NCBI GenBank assembly: GCA_041595875.1
Contig: JBFHJN010000004.1
Location: forward strand, 7,130 to 71,129
From: Coriobacteriia bacterium
GTDB lineage: Bacteria > Actinomycetota > Coriobacteriia > Anaerosomatales > Anaerosomataceae
Length of the DNA: 64,000 nt
Direction of reading: 5' to 3'
Of the stretch, positions 44,843 to 56,331 are shown in pieces (the stretch's first letter is position 1; each line of letters starts with the position of its first letter). The notes below the pieces were generated by a model that was given only the letters and a program-made list of their open reading frames with translations, was not told the origin of the DNA and made no database searches. The position numbers were made by a program, and so were the translations under genes.

Positions 44843-45619
44843 ATGGGCACCCACAGCGTCAGTGAGGTGCGACTGCTGTTCGTGACTGCCGGTCCGGCAG
44901 ACCTCCCCGATCTCATCGAGAAGTTCTCTGCAGACTCGCGGGCTGGTGTACGCGCGCTCGTGGCCTCCGCACAAAGGAAACTAGCTGCCGAGGAGGCCGA
45001 ACGCGACCGCGTTCGGCTCATGATGACCCTACAGCGCCAGCTGCACGAATCCGGCTACACGCTGATAGCGGGAGTCGATGAAGTGGGAAGGGGAGCGCTT
45101 GCCGGACCCGTCTCGGCAGCGGCGGTCATTCTCGGTGCGGACTGTCATATCCGGGGACTGGATGACTCGAAGCGCCTGAGCCCGGCGGTCCGCGAGGCCG
45201 TGGCGCTGCGTGTGCGCGATGCCGCCATAGCCGTCTCTGTCGCTCATATCCCGCCTGATCGGATCGACGCGCTGGGCATCGGTGGCGCCAACACACTTGC
45301 TATGCGGACCGCGATTCAGACGCTTCCTGTCACGGCTGACCACGCCATGGGCGACGGACTCCCGGTCGACCTCGGCATGTCCTCCACGTTCGTGGTCGGT
45401 GGCGACAGGAAGTGCGCATGCATCGCTGCTGCATCGGTCGTGGCCAAGGTGGAACGAGACCGCCTCATGAAGGAGAACGACGCGCTGTTCCCCGGCTACC
45501 AGTTCTCCATCAACAAGGGCTACGGCACTGTCGAGCACATCGAGGCGATACAACGGATCGGCCCCTCGCCCATCCACCGGCTGTCCTTCTCGCCATGCTC
45601 TCAAGACCGGCTCTTCTAG
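44843..45619 (+). CDS. rnhB: ribonuclease HII
   Basis: IAGVDEVGRGALAGPV, DDSKRLS and DSASVVAKVERD-like AAASVVAKVERD, with an N-terminal ~65 aa extension. Confidence 0.9.
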   Translation: MGTHSVSEVRLLFVTAGPADLPDLIEKFSADSRAGVRALVASAQRKLAAEEAERDRVRLMMTLQRQLHESGYTLIAGVDEVGRGALAGPVSAAAVILGADCHIRGLDDSKRLSPAVREAVALRVRDAAIAVSVAHIPPDRIDALGIGGANTLAMRTAIQTLPVTADHAMGDGLPVDLGMSSTFVVGGDRKCACIAAASVVAKVERDRLMKENDALFPGYQFSINKGYGTVEHIEAIQRIGPSPIHRLSFSPCSQDRLF

Positions 45620-45698
45620 ACGGGCGGATAGTGTTCAGCTCGCGTTAAGCTCCGGGCAAGCACCATGCGGCATCCTCCATCCAAGGGGGAATGCCATC

Positions 45699-46070
45699 AT
45701 GACCGAGGACACATCAAAGCTTGGAGCCCGGGGCGAAGAAGCTGCTGCCCAATACCTGCAGCGCATCGGGATGACCATCACAGAACGCAACTGGCGATGC
45801 GCGTCCGGAGAAGTGGACATCATCGCGCTGGACGGGAGCGAACTCGTGTTCGTCGAGGTGAAGACCCGACGTTCGAGCGCTGCCGGATCACCGGAAGAGG
45901 CCGTCTCACCCACAAAACAGAAGCGACTGGGCAAGCTGGCTCGCAACTACCTGGCCTATTCGGGTCTGGATTCTACTCCCGTGCGGTTCGATGTGATCGC
46001 CATTCGCGTGCTTGCAGAAGACAGGGCGCTCCTACGACACCATCGTGCCGCTTTCATGGTCGGCACCTAA
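45699..46070 (+). CDS. yraN: YraN family (UPF0102) endonuclease-like protein
   Basis: GARGEEAAAQYLQRIGMTITERNWRCASGEVDIIALDGSELVFVEVKTR. Confidence 0.85.
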   Translation: MTEDTSKLGARGEEAAAQYLQRIGMTITERNWRCASGEVDIIALDGSELVFVEVKTRRSSAAGSPEEAVSPTKQKRLGKLARNYLAYSGLDSTPVRFDVIAIRVLAEDRALLRHHRAAFMVGT

Positions 46071-46071
46071 G

Positions 46072-47553
46072 ATGCAAGCCACCGTGATGACGGCGACTCT
46101 CAGGGGAGTCGATGCCCTTCCTGTGGAAGTACAGGCGGATGTCACTTCTGGTCTGCCCATGTTCGGCATCGTGGGACTTGGAGATGCGGCGGTCCAGGAA
46201 GCCAAAGAACGCGTCCGCTCGGCAGTTCGTGCCGCCGGGCTCGAGTTCCCCAATGCGCGGGTGATCATCAACCTGGCCCCCGCGCCCCTACGAAAACACG
46301 GCACGGGGTTCGATCTCCCTATTGCGCTCGCCATCCTGGCAGCCACCAGGCAGATACCCTCGTCTGTGATCGAAGGCTCCACGGCTGTCGGAGAGCTGGC
46401 GCTGGATGGAAGCGTACGCGCCGTGCCGGGGATGCTCGCACATGCCTATGCCGCGTCTCGATCAGGTCTCGACCTGCTCGGCCCTTCGGCAGCCATGTCG
46501 GCGGCGGCGGTCGTCGGCTGTGTGCGATGTCGGGTGGTGGACCATGTGACCACCCTTCGCCAAGGAGAGATCGACCCTCGATACCCCTGCTGTGACGTGT
46601 CCGTGGAACCACATGGACGTCCGGATCTTGCAGATGTGGCAGGACACCACGCCGCAAAACGGGCTCTGGAGATCGCCGCCGCCGGAGGGCATAACCTACT
46701 GCTGGTGGGCCCGCCAGGCTCAGGCAAGACGATGCTAGCCAGGCGTCTCGGTGGGATACTGCCACCTCTCAACGATGATGAACGCATGACGACCGCGTTG
46801 GTCCACTCTGTAGCAGGGATCGACGAACGACCCGCTCTGGCAGGGATCCGTCCGTTTAGAGCGCCGCACCACTCGACCTCCACCGTAGGACTCATCGGGG
46901 GAGGGACTCCCCCACGACCCGGTGAGGTCAGCTTGGCCCACAACGGAGTGCTGTTCCTTGATGAGCTGGCAGAGTTCGGACCGGCCACGCTCCAGGCGAT
47001 GAGACAGCCCATGGAAGACGGCACCATCTCGCTGGTGAGGGCAGACGGTCGCGTACGCTACCCAGCAGCCTTCACGCTCATCGGCGCGATGAACCCATGC
47101 CCCTGCGGGTACCTCGGCGATGCAGAGCACAGATGCACCTGCTCTCAACCGATGATCGACCGCTACACAGCGAGGATAGGCGGGCCCTTGCTGGACCGCA
47201 TAGACATGAGGATCCGCGTCGATCGGATAGACCCGGGCAAGATCTTGCGTGAGGACTGTGAGGAGGAGCCCTCCGCCGAAATAGCACAGCGGGTGATCTC
47301 GGCGATCGCGTTCGCGGGCTCCAGACCACCAACGCGGACTCTCTCGGGCGCCCGACTCCTGGAGGCATGCAGACCGCAACGGGCCGCCAGATCGACTCTC
47401 GAAACGCTGGCACGCACGGTGGGGATGTCGGGACGCGCAGTCACAAGGACTCTACGGGTGGCCAGAACCATCGCAGATCTTGACGCTCAAGACTCGGTAT
47501 GTTGCGACCACATCCTGGAGGCCGCCGGATACAGGATGAGTGATGTCCGGTGA
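46072..47553 (+). CDS. comM: YifB/ComM family Mg-chelatase-like AAA+ ATPase
   Basis: Lon-protease-like N-terminal domain (GLPMFGIVGLGDAAVQEAKERV), LLLVGPPGSGKTMLA and VLFLDELAEF. The start is ATG 46072, or GTG/ATG at 46084/46087. Confidence 0.88.
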   Translation: MQATVMTATLRGVDALPVEVQADVTSGLPMFGIVGLGDAAVQEAKERVRSAVRAAGLEFPNARVIINLAPAPLRKHGTGFDLPIALAILAATRQIPSSVIEGSTAVGELALDGSVRAVPGMLAHAYAASRSGLDLLGPSAAMSAAAVVGCVRCRVVDHVTTLRQGEIDPRYPCCDVSVEPHGRPDLADVAGHHAAKRALEIAAAGGHNLLLVGPPGSGKTMLARRLGGILPPLNDDERMTTALVHSVAGIDERPALAGIRPFRAPHHSTSTVGLIGGGTPPRPGEVSLAHNGVLFLDELAEFGPATLQAMRQPMEDGTISLVRADGRVRYPAAFTLIGAMNPCPCGYLGDAEHRCTCSQPMIDRYTARIGGPLLDRIDMRIRVDRIDPGKILREDCEEEPSAEIAQRVISAIAFAGSRPPTRTLSGARLLEACRPQRAARSTLETLARTVGMSGRAVTRTLRVARTIADLDAQDSVCCDHILEAAGYRMSDVR

Positions 47554-48428
47554 AGGCGATTGAGAAGTGGGAGATCGTCTTGAACGACGACCTCTATCCC
47601 GAACTGCTGCGGCAGACCTCTGATCCGCCTGAAAGGCTCTACGGATTCGGCGACCCGGGGCTGCTCGGACCGGCGCTAGCGGTGATCGGAGCGCGAAAAG
47701 CCACACCCTACGGACTGACATGCGCCTCGAGGTTCGCGGGGTGGGCGGCGTCCAACGGGGTGACCATCGTGTCAGGCGGAGCCATCGGATGCGACATGGC
47801 GGCACACAATGCGGCATTGATATCCGAGGGGGAGACTGTCGCTGTGCTGGGATGCGGAGCGGACGTGGACTACCCGCAACAGGCTTCGACGCTCCTTGCA
47901 GGACTGCGACGCTCTCACGCCGTCGTATCAGAAGTCCCGTGGGGCACTCCACCACAGAGGTGGGCCTTCTCCAGGCGTAATCGCATCATAGCGGGGCTCT
48001 CACTAGCCGTGCTGGTGGTGGAGGCGGGCCTCCCCAGTGGAACGTTCGGCACTGCGGACCATGCGCTGGCAGCCGGCCGGGACGTGCTCGCGGTTCCCGG
48101 TTCGATATTCGCGCCAGAGTGCAAGGGTTCCAACCGGCTCATCGCGCAGGGCTGTTCGCCGGTGACCTGCGAATCAGAGCTGCGTGACGCACTGATCTCT
48201 GTCGGCTTCCTGCTCGGCAGCGCCACCGCAGACGACGGCTCAAGCTCGGCCCCGCTCTCGGACCCGATCCTTATCGCCCTGCGGTCGAACCCTATGCGAC
48301 CGGATGACCTTGCATTCCATCTTCGCCAAGACATCGTCTCCATAGGTCGTGCACTGACCAGACTTGAACTCCAGGGGGCCTTGGTTCGGATGCGTGACGG
48401 ACGCTACTCGGTTCGCAAACCGGAGTGA
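47550..48428 (+). CDS. dprA: DNA processing protein DprA
   Basis: AVIGARKATPYG, IVSGGAIGCD and IAGLSLAVLVVEA. The GTG overlaps the comM stop. Confidence 0.88.
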   Translation: MKAIEKWEIVLNDDLYPELLRQTSDPPERLYGFGDPGLLGPALAVIGARKATPYGLTCASRFAGWAASNGVTIVSGGAIGCDMAAHNAALISEGETVAVLGCGADVDYPQQASTLLAGLRRSHAVVSEVPWGTPPQRWAFSRRNRIIAGLSLAVLVVEAGLPSGTFGTADHALAAGRDVLAVPGSIFAPECKGSNRLIAQGCSPVTCESELRDALISVGFLLGSATADDGSSSAPLSDPILIALRSNPMRPDDLAFHLRQDIVSIGRALTRLELQGALVRMRDGRYSVRKPE

Positions 48429-48456
48429 AAGGCGGTTACAATCCCTCAGATAGTCG

Positions 48457-49848
48457 ATGTCGATATCGGGAGACCCGTTGCATAACACTCCGCTTGTCAC
48501 CGTCATCGGTGGAGGCCTCGCTGGATCAGAGGCCGCATGGCAGCTCGCTGAACGTGGGATCCGGGTAAGGCTCTTCGAGATGCGTCCCGGCACAGCCGGA
48601 CCCGCACACCATACAGGCAACCTGGCCGAACTCGTGTGCTCTAACTCGTTCAAGGGCGATGACCCTGACACGGCACCCGGGATGCTCAAACGAGAGCTCT
48701 CCCAGCTTGGCAGTTTGATCATGTCCGTCGCCCGGCGCACGGCGGTCCCTGCTGGCGCCGCTCTCGCTGTAGACCGGGAAGCGTTCTCGGGTCTTGTGAC
48801 ACGGACCATCGAGTCACACCCGCTCATCGATGTCGTCAGAGAACAGGCTGCCGGGGTGCCGCCGTCAGGACCCGTCATCATCGCCACCGGGCCGCTTACC
48901 GGGCCTGCGCTGGAAGACGAGCTTTCCCGACTCGTCGGGAGTGACCGATTGTCCTTCTACGATGCTGCCGCTCCTATCGTAGACGCCTACAGCATCGACA
49001 GAACGGTCGTCTTCGCCGCATCGCGATACGAGAAGGGCGAAGGAGTCGACTACCTCAACTGCCCCATGGATCGAGAGCAGTACGAGACGTTCATCGGAGA
49101 ACTCCTCTCTGCCCAGCGCGTGAACGCGAAGGAGTTCGAGTCATCAGACCTCTTCCAGGCATGTCAGCCGATCGAAGAGATCGCGCGCCGTGGTGCAGAT
49201 GCCGCACGTTTCGGCTCCATGAAACCGGTCGGGCTCACAGACCCTCGCACCGGACAACGTCCATGGGCGGTGGTCCAGCTTCGACCCGAGAACCGGGATG
49301 GCACCGCGTACAATCTCGTCGGATTCCAGACCAACCTGACCTTCGGCGAGCAGGCGCGGGTATTCCGACTGATCCCGGGGCTTCAAGACGCGGAGTTCCT
49401 GCGCTTCGGAGTGATGCATCGCAACACCTACATCGATGCACCTCGGCTTCTGACGCCAGGTCTCTCTCTACGGGAAGACACCCGCATCCGCTTCGCGGGA
49501 CAGGTCTCGGGGACCGAAGGCTATCTCGAGGCCGTCGGCTCCGGTCTTCTCGCCGCACTGAATGTCTACGCGGAGATCACTTCAGCCCCTCCGTTCGTGC
49601 TCCCCCAAGACACCGCTCTGGGCGCGCTCATCGGGTATGCCACCGATCCCGAGACGCGCCACTATCAGCCCATGCACGTCAACATCGGCCTATTGCCCGC
49701 GCTGGAGCCTCCCGTCCGACAGAAGCGCGCAAGATATGCCGCACATGCGGCGCGCGCAAGACAGTCACTGAACGGATACATGCTATCGTCTTCGGTAAGA
49801 GTCCTCGATCAGGCTGAGCCGATCATAGGGGAGGATGTCCAGGGATGA
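48457..49848 (+). CDS. trmFO: methylenetetrahydrofolate--tRNA-(uracil54-C5)-methyltransferase TrmFO
   Basis: VIGGGLAGSEAAWQLAERG, LVCSNSFK, GFQTNL and FAGQVSGTEGYLEA. Confidence 0.92.
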   Translation: MSISGDPLHNTPLVTVIGGGLAGSEAAWQLAERGIRVRLFEMRPGTAGPAHHTGNLAELVCSNSFKGDDPDTAPGMLKRELSQLGSLIMSVARRTAVPAGAALAVDREAFSGLVTRTIESHPLIDVVREQAAGVPPSGPVIIATGPLTGPALEDELSRLVGSDRLSFYDAAAPIVDAYSIDRTVVFAASRYEKGEGVDYLNCPMDREQYETFIGELLSAQRVNAKEFESSDLFQACQPIEEIARRGADAARFGSMKPVGLTDPRTGQRPWAVVQLRPENRDGTAYNLVGFQTNLTFGEQARVFRLIPGLQDAEFLRFGVMHRNTYIDAPRLLTPGLSLREDTRIRFAGQVSGTEGYLEAVGSGLLAALNVYAEITSAPPFVLPQDTALGALIGYATDPETRHYQPMHVNIGLLPALEPPVRQKRARYAAHAARARQSLNGYMLSSSVRVLDQAEPIIGEDVQG

Positions 49849-50744
49849 ACAACGGTGCGGTGCCAGAGCTGGTCGATCGCTTCTTGGAGCACCTTGCCGT
49901 GGAGCGCAACGTCTCGCCGCACACGGTACGCGCGTACGCCACAGACATGCGCCAGTTCCTGGACTGGTGCGAACGCTCCTCCATGGATCCGCTGCAGCTT
50001 AAGCACAGACAACTCCGGGGCTTTCTGGCTGAGCTCGACCGGGCGCATTACCAGCGGCGCACGATAGCGAGGAAGACATCCACGCTGCGGTCGTTCTACT
50101 CCTACCTGCAGACACAAGGCCTCACCGAGACGAACCCCGCTGCCATACTGGGCACACCGCGGCTGCAGAGGCGGCTGCCCGAGACAGTCCCTGCCGACCT
50201 TATGACCGCCCTTCTTGATGCGCCTGATGAGTCAGAACCCCAGGGCTTGAGAGACGGAGCGATCCTCGAGCTGCTCTACGCCACTGGAATCCGCGTTGGA
50301 GAGCTCGAGGGTCTGGATATAGGCGACCTGGACCTGGCCCAGGGTCAGGTCCGCGTCATGGGGAAGGGCTCGAAGGAGCGCATCGTTCCCGTCCATCGTC
50401 AGGCTGTCAGCAGGCTGCGAAAGTATCTGTCCGCCGGTCGGCCGCACTACGACAAGGGAGGGGAGGACGAGGCTCTGTTCCTGAATCGTTCCGGTACGAG
50501 ACTACAGAGCGGCAGTATCCGCAGGATGCTTACCCGCTACCTTGACCGACTTGGCGCGGACAGGGGGATCCACCCTCACGTGCTCAGACACACCTTTGCC
50601 ACGCATCTGCTTGAAGCGGGTGCTGACCTGCGCAGCGTACAAGAGCTCCTTGGCCACGTTGCACTGTCCACCACCCAGATTTATACTCACTTGAGCATGA
50701 AGCGGCTCAGAGATGTGCACACCAGCGCACACCCACGAGCGTGA
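49845..50744 (+). CDS. xerC: tyrosine recombinase XerC
   Basis: SAM-like N-domain (FLEHLAVERNVSPHTVRAYATD). Catalytic residues ATGIRVGEL, HVLRHTFATHLL and LLGHVALSTTQIYTHL. Confidence 0.9.
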   Translation: MNNGAVPELVDRFLEHLAVERNVSPHTVRAYATDMRQFLDWCERSSMDPLQLKHRQLRGFLAELDRAHYQRRTIARKTSTLRSFYSYLQTQGLTETNPAAILGTPRLQRRLPETVPADLMTALLDAPDESEPQGLRDGAILELLYATGIRVGELEGLDIGDLDLAQGQVRVMGKGSKERIVPVHRQAVSRLRKYLSAGRPHYDKGGEDEALFLNRSGTRLQSGSIRRMLTRYLDRLGADRGIHPHVLRHTFATHLLEAGADLRSVQELLGHVALSTTQIYTHLSMKRLRDVHTSAHPRA

Positions 50745-50763
50745 TCTGGAAGGCTCCCATCGA

Positions 50764-51555
50764 ATGAGACCAGACCCGAAGACGGACGTATCCGCCTACT
50801 GGGCCGCATACAAGGAGGATGGAGACCCTCTCGCCAGAGAGACTCTCATTCTCAACTACTCGCCCCTCGTGAAGTACGTCGCGGGGCGGCTCTCATCCAA
50901 TCTCCCGCAGAACGTAGACACCTCTGATCTCATCTCCTACGGGGTGTTCGGGCTGATCGACGCGATCGAGAAGTTCGATATCGAGCGCGGCATCAAATTC
51001 GAGACATACGCGATAGCCCGGATCAAGGGTGCGATCATCGACGAGTTGCGTGCCATGGACTGGGTTCCGCGCTCGGTCAGGGCCCGTTCACGCGAGATAG
51101 AACATGCCTACATCGCACTGGAGAACCGCCTGAAGCGCGTACCTACAGACGCCGAGGTGGCCCACGAGATGGGCGTCACCCCGCGCGAGCTCCAAGATAT
51201 CCTCACCAAGCTCTCTTACACGTCAGTGGTCTCGTTTGAAGAGCTCTGGGTCGGTGGACAGGACAAAGACGACAAAGGCAACGCCATCGGCACGATCAAA
51301 GACGAGTCAGCAGAAGACCCGGTCAAGATGTTCGAGAGCGTCGAACTCAAGGAGATCCTCGCTCGCGCCATCGACCGACTCCCCGAGAGGGAGAAGATCG
51401 TGATCGCGCTCTACTACTACGAAGGACTCACCCTCAAAGAAATCGGAGCCGTTCTCGGCGTCACGGAGTCGCGCGTCAGCCAGCTGCACACGAAGTCCGT
51501 CTTGCGTCTTCGTGCGCGTCTCCACGCCGCGCAGGGCTACGTGCCTGCACACTGA
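50764..51555 (+). CDS. whiG: FliA/WhiG-family (group 3, sigma-28-like) RNA polymerase sigma factor
   Basis: YSPLVKYVAGRL, DLISYGVFGLIDAIEKFD, TYAIARIKGAIIDELRAMDWVPRSVR and region 4.2 LTLKEIGAVLGVTESRVSQLHTKSVLRLR. Position between xerC and rpsB as in Streptomyces. Confidence 0.85.
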   Translation: MRPDPKTDVSAYWAAYKEDGDPLARETLILNYSPLVKYVAGRLSSNLPQNVDTSDLISYGVFGLIDAIEKFDIERGIKFETYAIARIKGAIIDELRAMDWVPRSVRARSREIEHAYIALENRLKRVPTDAEVAHEMGVTPRELQDILTKLSYTSVVSFEELWVGGQDKDDKGNAIGTIKDESAEDPVKMFESVELKEILARAIDRLPEREKIVIALYYYEGLTLKEIGAVLGVTESRVSQLHTKSVLRLRARLHAAQGYVPAH

Positions 51556-51574
51556 TCGAAAGGAACGCAACGCT

Positions 51575-52195
51575 ATGTCAGGACATCGAATCCTCGTGGT
51601 CGAAGACACCGAACTGCTGCGCCGCATGTATCACGACAAGCTCGTGGCTGACGGTTTCCAGGTCTCAGCGGCGGCAGACGGACTCGAGGCCCTGACGGTG
51701 CTCCGCACCAACGAGTTCGACCTTGTCCTTCTGGACCTCATCATGCCCCGCATGGGCGGCCTCGAGGTATTGGAAACGATGAACGCGGATCCTCGTCTCA
51801 CGAAGATCCCGGTGATCATACTCACCAACCTCGGCGAAGAATCAGCCATTCAAAAAGCGCTCGATCTTGGCGCGATCGACTACATGATCAAGAACTCGGC
51901 GAAGCCCGCCGACGTCTCCGCCAAGATCACCCTCTCTCTGCAGCATCTTGCGCCCAAGGCGCCCGAACCGACCGCCGCAGTGCCAGCGCCAACGCCACTG
52001 GGGCCTTCGTTCAAGGTGCTCGTCCGCGATCGCGAAGCGGATGCCGATGCGCTCGTCGCACATGCAGGACTTCAGCGACGATTCTGGTGTCCTGCGTGTG
52101 AGGAGGAACTGCTCCTCGAGATGGTTCCAAACCCCGCTCGCGACGGCTGGTACGAGGCACATTTCGTCTGCACTCGGTGCGGTCGCGAGTACTGA
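51575..52195 (+). CDS. response-regulator receiver domain fused to a C-terminal CxxC..CxxC zinc-ribbon
   Basis: REC domain: ILVVEDT, LVLLDLIMP (phospho-Asp), VIILTNLG, DYMIKN. Then a Pro/Ala linker and FWCPACEEELLLEMVPNPARDGWYEAHFVCTRCGREY. AAAGGAA RBS before the ATG at 51575. Confidence 0.8.
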   Translation: MSGHRILVVEDTELLRRMYHDKLVADGFQVSAAADGLEALTVLRTNEFDLVLLDLIMPRMGGLEVLETMNADPRLTKIPVIILTNLGEESAIQKALDLGAIDYMIKNSAKPADVSAKITLSLQHLAPKAPEPTAAVPAPTPLGPSFKVLVRDREADADALVAHAGLQRRFWCPACEEELLLEMVPNPARDGWYEAHFVCTRCGREY

Positions 52196-52383
52196 TACAA
52201 GCCCTCGATACCGCACGATCCAAGCACGAGGAACACGCTTCCTTAGGAGTGTGTCCTGTGATACCCTATATCGGCTCGTAATCAAGCACGCCCGCGGACT
52301 CTCGCGCATGGTGCCGTCACAGACGGTTGCGTATCAGGGAGGAAGATGCGGGCGGAAGAACAACCGAAACTGGAGGTAGCACT

Positions 52384-53199
52384 ATGACTGTTGTCTCGAT
52401 GAAGGGTCTTCTCGAGGCCGGTGTCCACTTTGGACACCAGACCCGCCGCTGGAACCCGAAGATGAAGCCGTACATCTTCACTGAGCGTAACGGCATCTAC
52501 ATCCTCGATCTTCAGCGCACACTGCGAGAGCTCGACTCCTCGTATCGCTTCGTCCGCGACCTCACCGCCAAGGGCGGCACCGTGCTGTTCATCGGTACGA
52601 AGAAGCAGGCGCAGGACACGATCGCCACACAGGCGACCCGCTCCGGTCAGCCCTACGTCAACCAGCGCTGGCTTGGCGGCATGCTGACCAACTTCGTCAC
52701 CATCCGCAAGCGGATCGCCCGCATGGTGGAGCTTGAGACCATGGAGGAGAACGGCGTCATGGCCAGCCTCCCCAAGAAGGAAGCTCTGAAGCTTCGCGGC
52801 GAGCACGAGAAGCTGCAGCGCAACCTTGAGGGCATTCGCAACATGACCCGACTCCCTGACGCGATATTCCTCGTTGACACCAAGCGTGAGAACATCGCGG
52901 TCGCCGAGGCCCGTCGCCTCAAGATCCCGATCATCGGTCTTGTCGATACCAATGCCGACCCTGACGAAGTCGATTTCGTCATCCCCGGCAACGACGACGC
53001 CATCCGTTCGATCAGCCTCATCGCGCGTGTCATCGCCGATGGCGCTATCGAAGGCAATGGCGGCGGCCAGGAAGAGGCTGCTGCAGCACCCGAGCAGCCT
53101 GTCGCTGCGGAAGCTGCGCCGGTCGAGACTGCTGTCGTTGAGCCCGCGCCCGCCGCGGGGACCGACGCAACGGCCGAGACCACTCCCGCTGCCGAGTAG
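52384..53199 (+). CDS. rpsB: 30S ribosomal protein S2 (Ala/Glu/Pro-rich C-terminal tail)
   Basis: [22 protein letters not shown] and [31 protein letters not shown] before the ATG at 52384. Confidence 0.95.
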   Translation: MTVVSMKGLLEAGVHFGHQTRRWNPKMKPYIFTERNGIYILDLQRTLRELDSSYRFVRDLTAKGGTVLFIGTKKQAQDTIATQATRSGQPYVNQRWLGGMLTNFVTIRKRIARMVELETMEENGVMASLPKKEALKLRGEHEKLQRNLEGIRNMTRLPDAIFLVDTKRENIAVAEARRLKIPIIGLVDTNADPDEVDFVIPGNDDAIRSISLIARVIADGAIEGNGGGQEEAAAAPEQPVAAEAAPVETAVVEPAPAAGTDATAETTPAAE

Positions 53200-53248
53200 T
53201 CCTCAAACGTCTGCCGCACTGCGGTTATCCCTCAAGGAGGAACCAAGT

Positions 53249-54163
53249 ATGGAAATCACCGCTTCCATGGTGAAGGATCTGCGCGCCACGACGGGTGCAG
53301 GCATGATGGATTGCAAGAAGGCGCTTGCTGAGTCGGATGGCGACATGCAGGCAGCTGTCGACATCCTGCGCACCAAGGGTCTTGCAGACCTCGCCAAGAA
53401 AGCCGGCCGGGCCACGCATGAGGGCATCATCGGCTCCTATATCAGCGAGGATCTACGCTCGGGCGCTATCGTCGAAGTCAACTGTGAGACCGACTTCGTC
53501 GCACGCAACGACGGCTTCAAGTCGTTCGTGACCTCCATAGCCAAGCACGTCGTGGAGGCTGCACCGGCCGATGCCGACGCGCTTCTCGGCCAGCCGTATG
53601 TCGAGCGTGAAGAGATCACAGTCGAGCAGTATCTGGGCGAGAACGTCGCCAAGATCGGCGAGAACATGGTCATCCCGCGCCTTACGCGCTTCGAGCTGAC
53701 GTCTGATCACGGCGCCATCGCCGCGTATATCCACGGCGTAGGCAACATCGGTGTCCTTGTAGAAGTCGCCACGGGCACCGCCGATGCCGCCGCCTCTGCC
53801 GAGGTCGGCACATTCGTGCGTGACGTCGCGATGCAGATCGCCGCAGCCGCGCCGATCTCACTGACATCCGAGGACGTGCCTGCCGATGTCGTCAAGCACG
53901 AGATGTCCATCTACATGGCGCAGGCTGCCGAGACCGGCAAGCCCGAGCCCATTCAGGCCAAGATCGCCGAAGGCCGGATGCAGAAGTTCTACAAGGAGGT
54001 CTGCCTTCTTGAGCAGGTCTTCGTCAAAGACCCGGACATCACCGTTGCCCAGCTGACCAAGAAGGTCGCTACCGCTGTTGGCACCGACGTCTCGATCTCG
54101 CGTTTCGAGAGGTTCGTTCTCGGGGAGACCAACCCCGAGGCCAAGCCTCCGTCGTGCGGCTAA
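53249..54163 (+). CDS. tsf: translation elongation factor Ts
   Basis: MEITASMVKDLRATTGAGMMDCKKALAESDGDMQAAVDILR. AAGGAGG RBS. The ORF-track start at 52874 is an off-frame extension over rpsB. Confidence 0.95.
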   Translation: MEITASMVKDLRATTGAGMMDCKKALAESDGDMQAAVDILRTKGLADLAKKAGRATHEGIIGSYISEDLRSGAIVEVNCETDFVARNDGFKSFVTSIAKHVVEAAPADADALLGQPYVEREEITVEQYLGENVAKIGENMVIPRLTRFELTSDHGAIAAYIHGVGNIGVLVEVATGTADAAASAEVGTFVRDVAMQIAAAAPISLTSEDVPADVVKHEMSIYMAQAAETGKPEPIQAKIAEGRMQKFYKEVCLLEQVFVKDPDITVAQLTKKVATAVGTDVSISRFERFVLGETNPEAKPPSCG

Positions 54164-55548
<1,385 letters not shown>

Positions 55549-55554
55549 CGCTCC

Positions 55555-56331
55555 ATGGCACCTACAGAGTCTTCACGCCTGGAGTTCTTCTCCTCCAAGC
55601 GAGAGCGTGAGCTCCTCGCGCAGTTCGACGCGCAGTCTGTCCCGCATCACATCGCGGTCATCATGGATGGGAATGGGCGCTGGGCGTCTCGGAAAGGGCT
55701 GCCCCGGATAGCAGGCCATCGCGCGGGCGCGAAAGCGATAAGAGAGGCCATCGCCGCGTCGATCGAGCTTGGCGTCGATGTCTTGACGCTGTACTCGTTC
55801 AGCTCGGAGAACTGGCGGCGCCCTGCCGAGGAGGTCGGCGGGCTGATGCGTCTGTTCGTCGAGGTGCTGGAGCGGGAGCTAGGCAATCTCCAGAAGCAAG
55901 GGGTGCGGGTGAAGGTCGTCGGTCGCGCCGACGGGATGCCCGAGGACACGATGGCCGCGTTCCGTCGCACGGAGCTCAGCACCGCCGACAACGATATTCT
56001 GACCCTCGCCGTGGCCCTCAACTACGGAGGCCGGATCGAGCTGGTGGACGCAGCAAAGGCCATCGCCCGTGATGTCGCATCCGGGGCGCTTGACCCCGAA
56101 GACGTCGACGAAGACGCGATCGCGAGCCGGCTGTATACCAGCGATCTACCGGATCCTGATCTGGTGATACGCACCAGCGGCGAGATGCGGATATCGAACT
56201 TCTTGCTCTGGCAGATCGCCTACAGCGAACTGTGGGTGAGCTCGGTGCTGTGGCCGGACTTCAAACGATACGACCTGTTGCGAGCCGTAGTGGACTATCA
56301 GAAACGTGCACGCCGATTCGGAGGACGCTGA
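55555..56331 (+). CDS. uppS: undecaprenyl (isoprenyl) diphosphate synthase
   Basis: HIAVIMDGNGRWA, LYSFSSENWRRP, IRTSGEMRISNFLLWQIAYSE. Confidence 0.93.
   Translation: MAPTESSRLEFFSSKRERELLAQFDAQSVPHHIAVIMDGNGRWASRKGLPRIAGHRAGAKAIREAIAASIELGVDVLTLYSFSSENWRRPAEEVGGLMRLFVEVLERELGNLQKQGVRVKVVGRADGMPEDTMAAFRRTELSTADNDILTLAVALNYGGRIELVDAAKAIARDVASGALDPEDVDEDAIASRLYTSDLPDPDLVIRTSGEMRISNFLLWQIAYSELWVSSVLWPDFKRYDLLRAVVDYQKRARRFGGR

Noticed and set aside
45699-48428. yraN-comM-dprA as a possible competence or defence island
   Set aside because: This trio is a widely conserved housekeeping arrangement downstream of rnhB in Actinomycetota and Firmicutes. There are no nuclease/ATPase defence signatures beyond the standard families.
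49845-50744. Tyrosine recombinase as a possible integrase marking a mobile element
   Set aside because: It has XerC-type domain signatures and sits in the conserved dprA-trmFO-xerC-whiG housekeeping context. There are no flanking direct repeats, tRNA target, phage or transposon genes, or compositional shift.
52874-53248. 125-codon N-terminal extension of the tsf ORF (the track gives 429 aa)
   Set aside because: It overlaps rpsB in another frame. The canonical EF-Ts N-terminus MEITASMVKDLR follows an AAGGAGG RBS at 53249.
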